Assembly (NCBI GenBank): GCA_036229005.1
Contig: JAZAMN010000016.1
Location: forward strand, 64,001 to 128,000
Length of the DNA stretch: 64,000 nt
DNA from: Myxococcota bacterium
GTDB lineage: Bacteria > Myxococcota_A > UBA796 > CAJQPC01
Direction: 5' to 3'
The notes beneath the pieces are model-generated. The model was not told the origin of the DNA and did no database searches. It was given only the letters and a program-made list of their open reading frames with translations. Made by a program: the position numbers and the translations under genes. Below, piece by piece: positions 39,980 to 50,432 of this stretch (its first letter is position 1; each line of letters starts with the position of its first letter).

Positions 39980-41848
39980 ATGTTCGACCTCATCGTCGTC
40001 GGCGCCGGCCACGCTGGCTGTGAAGCCGCCTCCGCAGCAGCCCGCATGGGCGCCTCCGTGGCCCTGCTCACCTTCAAGCGGGAGCAGATCGCCCGCCTGA
40101 GCTGCAACCCCGCCATCGGCGGGCTGGCCAAGGGCTGCCTGGTGCGCGAGCTGGACGCCCTGGGGGGCTGGATGGGCCAGGTCGCCGACGCCACGACCAT
40201 CCAGTTCCGCCGCCTGAACACCCGCAAGGGCCTCGCCGTACAGAGCAGCCGCGCGCAGGTGGACACCCACGCCTATCCCCGAGAGATGACCCGCCGCCTG
40301 GACGCGCTCCCCAGCCTCTCCATCCTCGAGGCCGAGGTCACGGGGCTGCTCCGCGAAGGGGGAGCCATCTCCGGCGTGCGCCTCAAGGACGGCCGTACCC
40401 TGCTGGCCCCCAAGGTCCTGCTCACCACCGGCACCTTCCTGGGCGCGCTGATGCACCGCGGCACCCAGGCCACCCAGGGTGGCCGCATCGGCGAAGACTC
40501 CGCCGAGGACCTGGCCCGCGAGCTCAAGGACGCCGGCCTGCGCCTGCTGCGCCTCAAGACCGGGACGCCCCCGCGCCTGCGCCGCGACAGCATCGACTGG
40601 TCCAAGACGGAGGTCCAGGAGACTGTGGTGGGTCGGCTCTCCCACACGCCCGTCCCCAACCCTCTGGCTCCCGTGACCTGCACCCTCACCTGGACCTCTG
40701 AGTCCACCCACGAGGTCATCCGGGAGCGCTTGCACGAGTCCGCGATGTTCAGCGGTGCCATCACCGGCACCGGGGCCCGCTACTGCCCCTCCATCGAAGA
40801 CAAGGTGCACCGCTTCCCTCATCGGGACCGCCACCAGCTCTTCCTGGAGCCCGAGGGCCACGAGACCGACCGCGTGTATGTGAGCGGGCTGAGCACCTCC
40901 CTGCCCGAAGAGACCCAGGCGGCGCTGCTTCGCACAGTTCCGGGGCTGGAGGACGCGGAGATCCTCCAGTACGGCTACGCCGTGGAGTACGAGGCCGCCG
41001 ACCCCCGGGACCTGGGCCCCGACCTGCAACACAGACACATCCCCGGCCTCTACCTGGCCGGGCAGGTCAACGGCACCTCGGGCTACGAGGAGGCGGCAGT
41101 GCAGGGCTTCGTGGCCGGAGTGAGCGCCGCCCAGGACCGGCCCTTTGTGTTGGGTCGCCACCAGGCCTACATCGGCGTGCTGATCGACGACCTGACCACC
41201 CGCGGGGTGGGCGGGGAGCCCTACCGGATGTTCTCCTCCCGGGCCGAACACAGACTCCTGCTGCGAGAGGACAACGCCGACCTCCGGCTGCGCGAGATCG
41301 GCCGCGAGATCGGCCTCGTGGACGACTCGGACTGGTCCGTGTTCCAGGGCAAAGTGGCCGCCATCGCCCAGGCCAAGGCCGCGCTGGCGGCCCTGAACGT
41401 GGCCCCCAGCCGTCACACCCAGCAGCGCCTCGCCGATGCCGGCCTCCCCCCATTGAAGCGTCAGAAGACCGGTGAGGAGCTCCTGCGGCGCAAGGAGATC
41501 TCCTACGCGGCCCTCCAGCCTCTCTTCCCCTCCCTCCCCGAGCTGGACCCGGAGACCGCCGCGCAGGTGGAGACCGACATCCGCTACGCCGGGTACATCG
41601 AGCGCGAGGCCTGGCGGGCCCGGCAAGCCGCCAAGCTGCACGAGCTCCCCCTGGAGGGCCTGGACTTCACACAGATTCCGGGCTTGCGGCAGGAGGTCAT
41701 CGAGCGCCTGCAGACCGCGCGCCCTGCCAACCTGGCCTCCGCAGCCCGCCTCCCGGGCATCCCCCCGGCCGCCATCTCCGTGCTGGCGGTGTACCTGCGG
41801 CGCGCCCACGCCAAGACCCAGACCTCCAACGACAAGGTGCCCCGATGA
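39980..41848 (+). CDS. mnmG: tRNA uridine-5-carboxymethylaminomethyl(34) synthesis enzyme MnmG (GidA)
   Basis: VVGAGHAGCEAA, SCNPAIGGLAKG, LKTGTPPRL, RYCPSIEDK, AGQVNGTSGYEEAA, YRMFSSRAEHRL. Confidence 0.98.
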   Translation: MFDLIVVGAGHAGCEAASAAARMGASVALLTFKREQIARLSCNPAIGGLAKGCLVRELDALGGWMGQVADATTIQFRRLNTRKGLAVQSSRAQVDTHAYPREMTRRLDALPSLSILEAEVTGLLREGGAISGVRLKDGRTLLAPKVLLTTGTFLGALMHRGTQATQGGRIGEDSAEDLARELKDAGLRLLRLKTGTPPRLRRDSIDWSKTEVQETVVGRLSHTPVPNPLAPVTCTLTWTSESTHEVIRERLHESAMFSGAITGTGARYCPSIEDKVHRFPHRDRHQLFLEPEGHETDRVYVSGLSTSLPEETQAALLRTVPGLEDAEILQYGYAVEYEAADPRDLGPDLQHRHIPGLYLAGQVNGTSGYEEAAVQGFVAGVSAAQDRPFVLGRHQAYIGVLIDDLTTRGVGGEPYRMFSSRAEHRLLLREDNADLRLREIGREIGLVDDSDWSVFQGKVAAIAQAKAALAALNVAPSRHTQQRLADAGLPPLKRQKTGEELLRRKEISYAALQPLFPSLPELDPETAAQVETDIRYAGYIEREAWRARQAAKLHELPLEGLDFTQIPGLRQEVIERLQTARPANLASAARLPGIPPAAISVLAVYLRRAHAKTQTSNDKVPR

Positions 41849-42378
41849 CCCCTGGCGAGACACACCACCTGGAGCTGCTGCGCAAGTGGCGCAAGGCCAT
41901 GGATCTGGTGGGGCCCGGCCCCCTGGAGCCCCACTTCCAGGACGCGCGGCGGGCGATGCAGGCGCTCCCCACCCAGGACGGCGAGCTGTGGGCCGACCTG
42001 GGCTCGGGGGCGGGCTTTCCGGGCGTGGCCCTGGCGGCGCTGCACCCCACTGTGCGCGTGCAGCTCGTGGAGTCCCGGGAGCGGCGCACCGTGTTCCTGC
42101 GGCAGGTGGCCCGGAAGCTGCCCAACGCAGAGGTGCTGCACCAGCGCAGCGAGGACCTGCCCGACGGCGCCTTCCAGGGCGTGGTCTCCCGCGCCTACAA
42201 GGGCCCGGAGGGGGTGTTCGAGGACGCCCGGCGCCTGCTGGTCTCCGGCGGAAAGGTCGCCTTGATGCGGGCCGAAGAGGACGTGGAGCCTCCCGCCGAC
42301 TTCGAGATGTTCCACGTGGAACACTACCGCCTGGACGACGGGCGCACGCGCGCGCTGGTGGTCTGCAGGAAGCGCTGA
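41845..42378 (+). CDS. rsmG: 16S rRNA m7G527 methyltransferase RsmG (GidB)
   Basis: DLGSGAGFPG, LVESRERRTVFL, VSRA; coupled to mnmG. Confidence 0.92.
   Translation: MTPGETHHLELLRKWRKAMDLVGPGPLEPHFQDARRAMQALPTQDGELWADLGSGAGFPGVALAALHPTVRVQLVESRERRTVFLRQVARKLPNAEVLHQRSEDLPDGAFQGVVSRAYKGPEGVFEDARRLLVSGGKVALMRAEEDVEPPADFEMFHVEHYRLDDGRTRALVVCRKR
42308..42323. promoter_or_regulatory. parS: parS site inside rsmG coding sequence
   Basis: Perfect TGTTCCACGTGGAACA within the codons for MFHVEH. Confidence 0.9.
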
Positions 42379-42424
42379 GCGCGCCTGGAGGCTGGGGGGA
42401 GGGGGCCGGGGAACCCCCCAAGGA

Positions 42425-42440
42425 TGTTCCACGTGGAACA
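42425..42440. promoter_or_regulatory. parS: parS site upstream of parA
   Basis: Perfect TGTTCCACGTGGAACA in the rsmG-parA gap. Confidence 0.93.
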
Positions 42441-42536
42441 TTCTCTCTTGCGTCGTCAACAGCTCAGCACTATGGTTCGGGAACCTCCCGAGGTCCATCC
42501 CCGGACCTCCTCCTCCCTCCTACAGTGGGGTGCTCC

Positions 42537-43328
42537 GTGCCTCAGATCATCGCTGTCTCCAACCAGAAGGGTGGCGTCGGCAAGACCACGACCACCATCA
42601 ACCTGGCCGCCGCCCTGGCCCACAACGGCTACCGCACCCTGGTGGTGGACCTGGACCCGCAGGGCAACGCGACCTCCGGCCTGGGCAACGACCCGCGGGA
42701 GATCGTGCACGGCATCTACGACCTGATGCTGGGCGACGTCGGCTTCGAAGACGCGGTGCTGGACACCGGCATGGAGCTCCTGGAGCTGCTGCCCGCAGAC
42801 CCCAAGCTGGTGGGCGCAGAGGTCGAGCTGACCACCGCCCTGGCGCGGGAGACCAAGCTGGCCCGCGCGCTGGAGCAGGTCCCGGCCGACGTGGACTTCA
42901 TCCTCATGGACTGTCCGCCTTCGCTGGGCTTTTTGACGATCAACGCCCTCACCGCGGCGGACTCCGTGCTCATCCCTGTGCAGGCTGAGTACTACGCCCT
43001 GGAGGGCCTGGGACAGCTCCTGCGGACCATGTCCGAGGTGCAGCGCGCCCTGAACCCCCGCCTGGTGCGCGAGGGGCTGGTGCTCACCCTCCACGACCAC
43101 CGCAACAACCTGTGCAAGGACGTGGAGGCCCAGCTCCGGCAGGTCTTCAAGGGCGAGGTCTTCGAGTCCGTCATCCCGCGCAACGTGCGCCTGGGCGAGG
43201 CCCCCTCCCACGGACTCCCCGTCATCGCCTACGCCCCCACCTGCCGCGGCGCCAAGGCCTACCTCAAGCTGGCTGACGAGCTCCTCGACGGCCACATCCT
43301 CCCTGAGCACTCCCAGGAGATCGCCTGA
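42537..43328 (+). CDS. parA: Chromosome partitioning ATPase ParA/Soj
   Basis: GTG start; NQKGGVGKTTT deviant Walker A, DLDPQGNAT, DCPPSLG, IPRNVRLGEAPSHG. Confidence 0.96.
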   Translation: MPQIIAVSNQKGGVGKTTTTINLAAALAHNGYRTLVVDLDPQGNATSGLGNDPREIVHGIYDLMLGDVGFEDAVLDTGMELLELLPADPKLVGAEVELTTALARETKLARALEQVPADVDFILMDCPPSLGFLTINALTAADSVLIPVQAEYYALEGLGQLLRTMSEVQRALNPRLVREGLVLTLHDHRNNLCKDVEAQLRQVFKGEVFESVIPRNVRLGEAPSHGLPVIAYAPTCRGAKAYLKLADELLDGHILPEHSQEIA

Positions 43329-44212
43329 TGTCCCGTCGCCCCAGCCTCGGCCGCGGCCTCGCCGCCCTCATCCCCGACGACGTCCTGGACAGCGCTCCCC
43401 AGAAGGCCCCTGGCAACAAGGTCCTGGAGCTGCCCCTGGGCGAGATCACGCCCAACCCCGAGCAGCCCCGCTCCCACTTTGACGAGCAGCGCCTCAAGGA
43501 GCTCGCCGCCTCCATCTCCGAGCACGGCGTCCTGCAGCCCCTGCTGGTGCGCAGCCAGCCCGGCGGTGGCTACATCCTCATCGCCGGTGAGCGTCGCCTC
43601 CGGGCGGCCGGCCTGGCGGGCCTGGAGAGCGTCCCTGCGTTGCTCCGAGAGGGCGCCGACCACGGCGACGTCCAGCTCGAGCTGGCCCTGGTCGAGAACC
43701 TCCAGCGTCAGGACCTGGACCCCGTCGAGTCCGCCCGCGGCTACCACCGCCTCCAGCAGGACTACGGCTACACCCAGGAGCAGATCGCCCTCAAGGTCGG
43801 CAAGGAGCGCGCCACCGTCGCCAACGCCCTCCGCCTGCTGCGGCTGCCCGACAAGATCCTGAACCTGGTGCGCGAGGGCCGCCTGAGCGCGGGCCACGCC
43901 AAGGCCCTGCTCCCCGTCGCCGACGACAACGAGGTGCTGCGCAGCATCGTCGCCCAGGTCCTGGCCAAGGATCTCTCGGTGCGCGCCACCGAGGCGCTGG
44001 TGCGCGGCCGCCGCAAGGTCAAGCGCGACGCCGTGAAGAGCAAGCGCCACGACAAGGCCCTGCGCTACGTCTCCGACATCCTCTCCCGCTCCCTGTCCAC
44101 CCAGGTGGACATCAAGCCCAAGGGGCGCGGGGAGGGCGGACGCATCCTGATCGATTATTCGTCCGCCGAAGAGCTGGAGCGTCTGATCGAGGTGCTCCGC
44201 AGCGGCGAGTGA
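43328..44212 (+). CDS. parB: Chromosome partitioning protein ParB/Spo0J
   Basis: LGRGLAALI, PNPEQPR, AGERRLRA, ENLQRQDL, HTH TQEQIALKVGKERATVANALRLL. Confidence 0.97.
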   Translation: MSRRPSLGRGLAALIPDDVLDSAPQKAPGNKVLELPLGEITPNPEQPRSHFDEQRLKELAASISEHGVLQPLLVRSQPGGGYILIAGERRLRAAGLAGLESVPALLREGADHGDVQLELALVENLQRQDLDPVESARGYHRLQQDYGYTQEQIALKVGKERATVANALRLLRLPDKILNLVREGRLSAGHAKALLPVADDNEVLRSIVAQVLAKDLSVRATEALVRGRRKVKRDAVKSKRHDKALRYVSDILSRSLSTQVDIKPKGRGEGGRILIDYSSAEELERLIEVLRSGE

Positions 44213-44967
44213 GCCGCGCAGACCAGCGAGCACCCATGGACCTTGATGACATCCTGATCGTCGGCATCGCCGGCGGCACCGCCTCGGGCAAGACCACCAT
44301 CGCCAAGCGCATCGCCCAGGCCCTGGGGCCCGAGCGCTGCCTGCTGCTCTCCCACGACCGCTACTACTACGACGTCGCGGAGCCCGAGCTCTACAACTAC
44401 GACCACCCGGACGCGCTGGAGACGGCGCTGCTGGTGGAGAACCTGCGCAGCCTGCGGGCTGGGGACCAGGCCGGCCTGCCGGACTACGACTTCCCCACCC
44501 ACACCCGGCGCCCGGAGCCCGACTGGGTGCACCCGCGCCCTCTGGTGCTGGTGGAGGGCATCCTGGTCCTGGAGGACGCCGACCTGCGCTCCCAGATGGA
44601 CCTCAAGGTCTGGGTGGACTGCCCCGACGACCTGCGCCTGGCCCGCCGCATCCGCCGCGACGTGAGCGACCGGGGCCGCAACCTGGACGGCGTCCTGCGC
44701 CGCTGGCTGAGCACCGTGCGCCCCATGCACCAGCGCTTCGTGGCCCCCTCCCGCAGCTTCGCGGACCTGGAGCTGGTCGGCGTCGGCCTCATCGAGCCCC
44801 TGGTCCAGTCGGTCCTCTCCGCCGTGGAGCGCGTCCGCTATGACCGGGCCCAGGTCAGGGACGAGGAGGAAACCGGGGACTGGTCCGATCCCGTCACCAC
44901 CTACTCGGGCGTGATGGCCCAGGTGCCTGAGCTGGACTCTGCAGACGGCGAGGACACCCTCAAGTAG
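44209..44967 (+). CDS. udk: Uridine kinase
   Basis: IGIAGG-type P-loop (GIAGGTASGKTT), NYDHPDA, VEGIL, RRIRRD..RGR, VRPMHQRFVAPS; alternative ATG at 44236. Confidence 0.92.
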   Translation: MSRADQRAPMDLDDILIVGIAGGTASGKTTIAKRIAQALGPERCLLLSHDRYYYDVAEPELYNYDHPDALETALLVENLRSLRAGDQAGLPDYDFPTHTRRPEPDWVHPRPLVLVEGILVLEDADLRSQMDLKVWVDCPDDLRLARRIRRDVSDRGRNLDGVLRRWLSTVRPMHQRFVAPSRSFADLELVGVGLIEPLVQSVLSAVERVRYDRAQVRDEEETGDWSDPVTTYSGVMAQVPELDSADGEDTLK

Positions 44968-44997
44968 ACGGCCTGCGGCCCTCTCGGCGGCCGGGCG

Positions 44998-45678
44998 TCA
45001 CCCTCCGCCGTAGCGCCGCTTGACCTCGGTCTCCTGGCCCCCCTGGACGTCCAGGCGCAGGGGCCAGGTCACCTCGTCTTCCCCATCGGTGACGATGATC
45101 CGGGCGTCGTAGCTGCCGCCCGCGGCCTGCTGGCTGCCCTGGTAGATCAGGCGGCCGCTGCGGGGGTTGACGGCCAGCCCAGGCGGCCCGTCCTCCACGC
45201 GCCACTCCAGGGTGTCGCCGTCCGCGTCGCGGGCGGCCACGACGAAGCCATCCACCTTGGTGAACTGCGCGCGGGTCACGGTGAACTCCGGCGGGCTGTT
45301 CTCGACCTTGAGGGGGCTGGAGCTCAGGGTCTCCCGCTCGCTGCCCGAGCTGAGCTCGACCTGGGCCTGGACGCTGTCCCCCTTCTTGAACCAGATGGGG
45401 TCCAGGGAGCGGTTGGTGCCCCCCGCGGAGGGCGCGCCGTTGACCAGCCAGGTCACGGAGACGATGTCGCCGTCGACCTCCAGCGCGATGGGGCCCGCCT
45501 TGGTCGCCGGGCCCACCAACCGCACCGAGCCCTCGACCTTGCGGCCGCGGCGCTCGCGCACTGGGGCCGCAGCGACCTCGTGGTTGCCCACGAAGATGGC
45601 GGTGTCCATGGTGTTGGCGGCCGTCGGCAGGGGCGGCGGCGCGTCGGGGTAGTTGCAGGCCAGCAGGAGCAAGAGCAT
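44998..45678 (-). CDS. Lipoprotein with Ig-like/cadherin-like domains
   Basis: MLLLLLA-C; NSPPEF...ARDADGDTLEW..EDGPPGLAVN..SG motif. Confidence 0.78.
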   Translation of the reverse strand: MLLLLLACNYPDAPPPLPTAANTMDTAIFVGNHEVAAAPVRERRGRKVEGSVRLVGPATKAGPIALEVDGDIVSVTWLVNGAPSAGGTNRSLDPIWFKKGDSVQAQVELSSGSERETLSSSPLKVENSPPEFTVTRAQFTKVDGFVVAARDADGDTLEWRVEDGPPGLAVNPRSGRLIYQGSQQAAGGSYDARIIVTDGEDEVTWPLRLDVQGGQETEVKRRYGGG

Positions 45679-45705
45679 CGCCGCCAAGTCTACACCCCGC
45701 GGTCC

Positions 45706-46557
45706 TCAGCGCGTCTCGGCCAGGGTCTCACGTCCCAGGGTGCGCAGCATGGTCACGGACACGCCCTCAAGCCCACAGCCACGCAGCGCGCGGCGGAAGC
45801 CCGTCTCGTTGAGCAGCGCAGGGGTCCACGACGCACCATCGTCCGCCAGGTCGATCACCGTCTCGGCGACGCGCACCACGCAGGCCAGGCGCCCCAGCTC
45901 CCCCTCCAGCGCCAGGCTGTGGTGGGCAATCAGGACCTCGCGGATGGACTCAGGCAGCTTCCAGGTGCGCGCCAGCAGCCCGCTGGCGTCCGCGTGCAGC
46001 TCCTCCAGCACCGCCAGGCTCCCTTCGGCGTCCAGGTTCAGGCTGCGGTCCGAGATGATGCCCAGCACCGCGGGCTTGCCCACGTCGGCCAGCAGCCCCG
46101 CCAGGAATGCCTCCTCGGGGTCCACGCCGGTCTCCGGCATGCGGGCCAGCTCCCGGCTCATGTGCCCCATCGCCACGCAGCGCTTCTGGATGCCCGCGGC
46201 CAGCTTGCCCCAGCGGCCCGGAGGGAAGGGGATGGCACGCACCGCCGCCTCCATGACCACCGCCCGCATGCCGCGCATGCCCAGCCGAGACAGCGCCTCG
46301 CGCACGGTCCGGGGCTCCCAGCGGCGCGCATAGATCGGCGACTGGGCCACCTTGAGCACCGCGGCCGCCAGGATCGGGTCCTGCTCCAGCACCCGGCTCA
46401 GCTTGGGCAGGGTCACGTTGGTCTGCCGGGAGAGCCGCATCACGTCCAGCGCCACCCGCGGCAGCATCGGCGGCTGATAGTCCGGCTCCCGCAGCGCGGC
46501 GCGCAGCTCCAACAGGGTCTCAGCCATGACCTCGCGCTGAGCGTAGGCTACCGCCAT
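45706..46557 (-). CDS. Stand-alone HDOD domain protein
   Basis: PMLPRVA, LEQDPILAAAVLKVAQSP, AFLAGLLADVGK, WKLPESI..HH. Confidence 0.9.
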   Translation of the reverse strand: MAVAYAQREVMAETLLELRAALREPDYQPPMLPRVALDVMRLSRQTNVTLPKLSRVLEQDPILAAAVLKVAQSPIYARRWEPRTVREALSRLGMRGMRAVVMEAAVRAIPFPPGRWGKLAAGIQKRCVAMGHMSRELARMPETGVDPEEAFLAGLLADVGKPAVLGIISDRSLNLDAEGSLAVLEELHADASGLLARTWKLPESIREVLIAHHSLALEGELGRLACVVRVAETVIDLADDGASWTPALLNETGFRRALRGCGLEGVSVTMLRTLGRETLAETR

Positions 46558-46616
46558 GCTGCACACTCCTCGTTCTGCTACCGGGATCGGTACGCAGTCC
46601 TGGAACTTGAGCCCCC

Positions 46617-47552
46617 ATGCCCACCTCCCCGCTGACCCTGCTCGACCGCCGCGTCCCCCTCTGCAGCGCCCCCTCGCCCGTCCGCCCCCTCCAGGCGCTC
46701 CGGGCCGGCCTCTGGCTCAAGGACGACGGCCACCTCCACCCCCTCTACGGCGGCAACAAGGTGCGCAAGCTGGAGTTCCTGCTCCACCAGGTCCCGGACA
46801 CCCTGTGGACCGTCGGCGCCTCTGGCAGCAACCACGTCCTGGCCACCGTGCTGCACGCCCAGGCCCTGGGCATCCAGGTGCACGCCTTGGCCGTCCCCCG
46901 TCCCCGGGCCCCCCTCCCGGAGCTCTCCCTGCGCATCACCCTGGACCGCGCCGCCTCCGTCACCCTGCACCGCGATCTCACCAGCGTGCGCAACGCCCTG
47001 AGCGCCGTGGACCCCAAGGCCATCGTCCCCGCCGGTGGCAGCTCCCGCTGGGGCAGCCTGGGCTTCGTGCGGGCGGGCCTGGAGCTGGGGGAGCAGGTCA
47101 GAGAGGGGCTGCTCCCCGAACCCCGCTTCATCTTCATCCCTCTGGGCACGGCGGGCTCCGCCCTCGGCCTCGCCCTGGGCTGCTCTCTGGCCGGTCTGTC
47201 CAGCGAGGTCATCGGGGTGCGCGTCGTCCCCACCCACTGGCTCCCCCAGAAGCGCATCCGCCGCCTGGCCAGCGAGCTGGGCGGCCTGCTGGGGGTGGAT
47301 CCCCCACAGATCCGCGTGGTCGACGCCCGCCTGGGCCCCGGCTACGGCCTCCCCGGGCCCGGCAGCCTGGAGGCCCTGGGCATGGCACACAGACAGGGCC
47401 TGCTCATCGAGGGGACCTATGGCGCCAAGACCCTGGCCGAGGCCCTGGCGCACGACGGGGGGCCCGACCTCTTCTGGAGCACCTTGAACCAGCGGCCCCT
47501 GCTCCCCTTGGTGCCGGGCAGCCCCCAGGTGGGCGAGGGCTGGTTCCTCTGA
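46617..47552 (+). CDS. PLP-dependent D-cysteine desulfhydrase / ACC deaminase family enzyme
   Basis: LWLKDD...GGNKVRKLEF, GSNH, PAGGS, LGTAGS, EGTYGAK. Confidence 0.88.
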   Translation: MPTSPLTLLDRRVPLCSAPSPVRPLQALRAGLWLKDDGHLHPLYGGNKVRKLEFLLHQVPDTLWTVGASGSNHVLATVLHAQALGIQVHALAVPRPRAPLPELSLRITLDRAASVTLHRDLTSVRNALSAVDPKAIVPAGGSSRWGSLGFVRAGLELGEQVREGLLPEPRFIFIPLGTAGSALGLALGCSLAGLSSEVIGVRVVPTHWLPQKRIRRLASELGGLLGVDPPQIRVVDARLGPGYGLPGPGSLEALGMAHRQGLLIEGTYGAKTLAEALAHDGGPDLFWSTLNQRPLLPLVPGSPQVGEGWFL

Positions 47553-47561
47553 GCCCGGCGC

Positions 47562-49415
47562 CTACTGCGTGCCCAGCGTGAAGCCGGACAGCCCGTCCTC
47601 GCAGGGATCGGGGTTGTCAGGGAGGGTCTGTATCACCTGACCCCAGGGGGTGTGCCCGGGTGCCTGCAGCGCCGGGGTCTGTCCCTCTCCCGGAGGCAGC
47701 AGCGCGAACCCTGACGCGGACGCGGGCGGCCCAAAGCGCACATAGACCTCCCGAGCGGACTCCCAGCCGGTCCAAGCCACCTGCGCCACCGTCTCCAGGG
47801 GGACCCGGTGGTCCACCAGCAGCACCAGCGGCTCGCTCGAGGTGAACACCAGGGACTGGTAGAGCTGCACCACCACGCCGCCGACGACCTCGGACTCGGG
47901 GAGCCGCCCCCCGGGCATGGGCAGGCGAATGCCCCCGCTGTCCACCAGAGCCCGGGCGCTCAGGCGAAGGGTGCGGGCCTCGGTCGGGACGCTGCAGCGG
48001 CTCTGTGGGGCGGCGGGCGGCTCGAAGTCCCAGCGGCCCAGCCCCTGGGTGGCGTCCAGGGCGGTGGCCAGGCGCAGCACCCCCGCCTCCACGCTGTCCA
48101 CGCACTGCACACAGTTCTCGCGGGTGGCCTCCCAGTCGCCCTCGGCGTACCACGGCAGTCCCTCGCTGGTGGTCGGGAGCTCCAGCACGGCGGCGGGCAG
48201 GCCGCTGGCCAGAGCGGTGGGCCCGTAGGCTCCCTGGGCCAGGATCCCCTCGACCCCCGCCTCCTTCAGCGCGAGCCCCAGGCTCAGGCTCCCGCTGGCG
48301 CGGGCCAGGAGCAGCTCGGCTTCGATGGGGCCCTCCTCGGCGAATGTGACAGCGCAGGCGCGCAGGCCCCCAGGCAGCGCGGTCTCCAACCCCAGCACCG
48401 CGATACGTTTTCCCTTGCCCGGCGCGCAGTCCACAGACACGGGCACCGGGATCGCTGTCGCAGATTGCTTGGGGGGCCCCACGAGCTGTCGCAGATTCCC
48501 CGCCGGGGCCGCGCCCTGAAGCACGCTGGCGGGCGTGTGGGGCAGGGGACTCGGGAGCTGCTTGCCGCCTCCCAGGATGGGCTGCAGGAAGTCGAGCGCC
48601 GCCTGGATCATGGGCTCCGTGTAGCCGTGCGGACCGGGGATGGGGGTCCAGGTGGCGGGCCCGGGGAGGTCCGGGGGAGGGGGCCGGCCGTCTTCGACCA
48701 TCCACAGGCTGGGGTCCTGGAGGGAGGCGAGGAGCTCGGCGCTCGGTACGCCGGGGTCCACCACGTCACAGCGGCAGCCCCCGTCACTGCTGGGGTGGGG
48801 GATGGGCACCGGCGAGGCCAGGATGGCGGCGACCGGACGGGGATCCACGACGCTCAGGTAGAAGGCCTGCACCGCCCCACCGCTCGCGCCGCTGACCGCC
48901 ACCGGGCCCACATCGCCCCGGCGCTCCAGGTAGTCCAGGCCCGCCTGCAGGCCCGCGAGCTGCACCGCCATCGCCGAGCTGCCCGCGCGCGCCAGGTGCA
49001 GCCGGTTTGCGCCCCCCGCCGCAAAGTGGATCTGCCGCCCGGGGGTGTCCCCCTCCTCGACTCCGGGGGTGTCCAGCGCGAGCACCAGGTAGCCGTTGGC
49101 GGCGAAGGCGTGGGCGGGTCCCTGCACCTCGCCGGAGGACTTGCCCTCGCCGAAGTGACCATGGGCCATCAACACCGCGGGGTGGGGGCCGGGGCCGTCG
49201 GGAACGAAGAGCACCCCCGGGAGCTCGAAGTCCGGTCCGACGCCCACGCGCAGGGGCTGGACGCTGTACCCGGCGCCGGGAACGACCTGCCCCAGGTGCA
49301 CCTGGACTGGGGCGCGCTGGATGGCCTCCAGGCCCAGGCCGGGGAGCGCGCGGGCCGGGGGTGGTGCGCTCGGGCCAGACCCACAGCCCAGCAGCCCCAG
49401 CAGCAGCGGGCTCAC
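47562..49415 (-). CDS. Alpha/beta-hydrolase lipoprotein (acetyl xylan esterase/dienelactone hydrolase-like) with ExbD-like C-terminal segment
   Basis: From GTG 49415, LLG-C; PAVLMAHGH, nucleophile elbow GASGG, PHGY; tail LVLLVDHRVPLETVAQV. Confidence 0.72.
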   Translation of the reverse strand: MSPLLLGLLGCGSGPSAPPPARALPGLGLEAIQRAPVQVHLGQVVPGAGYSVQPLRVGVGPDFELPGVLFVPDGPGPHPAVLMAHGHFGEGKSSGEVQGPAHAFAANGYLVLALDTPGVEEGDTPGRQIHFAAGGANRLHLARAGSSAMAVQLAGLQAGLDYLERRGDVGPVAVSGASGGAVQAFYLSVVDPRPVAAILASPVPIPHPSSDGGCRCDVVDPGVPSAELLASLQDPSLWMVEDGRPPPPDLPGPATWTPIPGPHGYTEPMIQAALDFLQPILGGGKQLPSPLPHTPASVLQGAAPAGNLRQLVGPPKQSATAIPVPVSVDCAPGKGKRIAVLGLETALPGGLRACAVTFAEEGPIEAELLLARASGSLSLGLALKEAGVEGILAQGAYGPTALASGLPAAVLELPTTSEGLPWYAEGDWEATRENCVQCVDSVEAGVLRLATALDATQGLGRWDFEPPAAPQSRCSVPTEARTLRLSARALVDSGGIRLPMPGGRLPESEVVGGVVVQLYQSLVFTSSEPLVLLVDHRVPLETVAQVAWTGWESAREVYVRFGPPASASGFALLPPGEGQTPALQAPGHTPWGQVIQTLPDNPDPCEDGLSGFTLGTQ

Positions 49416-50266
49416 AGCTCGGGGACCAGCTTGTGAAGGTCGGGCAGGGCGAGCTCCACTTGTCGGCCCCGCTGCTGCACCGGCACACGCGCCAGGGCCT
49501 CGCTCTGGTCGGGGGGGCGCCCCAGGCGGGCCTGCAGCAGCCCGTAGCGCAGGGCCACCGCCAGTCGGCGGGCCTGGTCCCGGTCTGCGCACTTCAGCCG
49601 CGCGTGCAGGGCCAGGCCCTCATGGCTGGGGGTCACGGAGAGGCCCAGCTCCACCAGCTCGACCTGGAGCTCCGCGAGCAGGGCGGGGAGGGGGAGCAGG
49701 AGCTGGCGAAGCCCGCGCGCCTGGGGGTGAGGGGAGCGGCCCAGGCGGCGCTGGAGGTGGTTGATGGCCTCGAGGGGCTCGGGCGACCAGAGCCAGATGG
49801 GGCCTTGCGGGACCATGTCCTCGCCGGCGCGCGCGTCCAGCAGAGGCACGCGCTCCCGGGTGTGCTGCATTGCGCTGCGGTCTCCGAGGACCAGCCCACC
49901 GCCTTCCTCCTCGGCGAGCTGACGCCGGTGGCCAGCGCCCACGGACCAGGTCAGGTGGCCAGGCTGTGAGGGCAGGGCGTCCGGGCGCTCCCAGGTGGAG
50001 ACGCTGCCGGTGAGCTCCAGGAAGCAGCCCTTGCCGGCGCAGGCCAGGACCATCGGCGCGGGGTCGGGGGTGATGTTTGCGTCCGCCAGCGCCTGGCTCA
50101 GGGCCTGCGCGGCGGGATCCAGGGCGGGATCTGAGGCCAGCGCCTGCTGCTCCAGGCCGACCACCAGCGTGAGCGTCTGGGGCAGGTGCAGGTCCAGCGA
50201 CTGGCTGGGAAACAGCGGCGCGGGGGCGGTGCAGGCCAGGACCAGCAGGGGGAGGAGGGTCGACAC
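49412..50266 (-). CDS. Hypothetical lipoprotein
   Basis: LLVLA-C lipobox after GTG 50266 (start uncertain, ORF open to 50338); stop overlaps the hydrolase start. Confidence 0.62.
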   Translation of the reverse strand: MSTLLPLLVLACTAPAPLFPSQSLDLHLPQTLTLVVGLEQQALASDPALDPAAQALSQALADANITPDPAPMVLACAGKGCFLELTGSVSTWERPDALPSQPGHLTWSVGAGHRRQLAEEEGGGLVLGDRSAMQHTRERVPLLDARAGEDMVPQGPIWLWSPEPLEAINHLQRRLGRSPHPQARGLRQLLLPLPALLAELQVELVELGLSVTPSHEGLALHARLKCADRDQARRLAVALRYGLLQARLGRPPDQSEALARVPVQQRGRQVELALPDLHKLVPEL

Positions 50267-50432
50267 GCCCAGAGCCTGACCCGGCGCGCGCTGAGCCGCA
50301 AGGCCTCGGGCCAGAGCCAAGGATCCTTGAGGCATCACCTTCGAAAAAGTCTTGACAGGTCCAGACCTGCGTGTTCATCTGCACGCGATCCCCCCCTCCC
50401 CTCCCCCCTCCATCTCTCCCCCCTCCAGGCCA

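Noticed and set aside
39980..44212. oriC itself next to mnmG-parAB
   Set aside because: No dnaA gene, no DnaA-box (TTATCCACA) cluster and no AT-rich unwinding element noticed; only origin proximity is inferred
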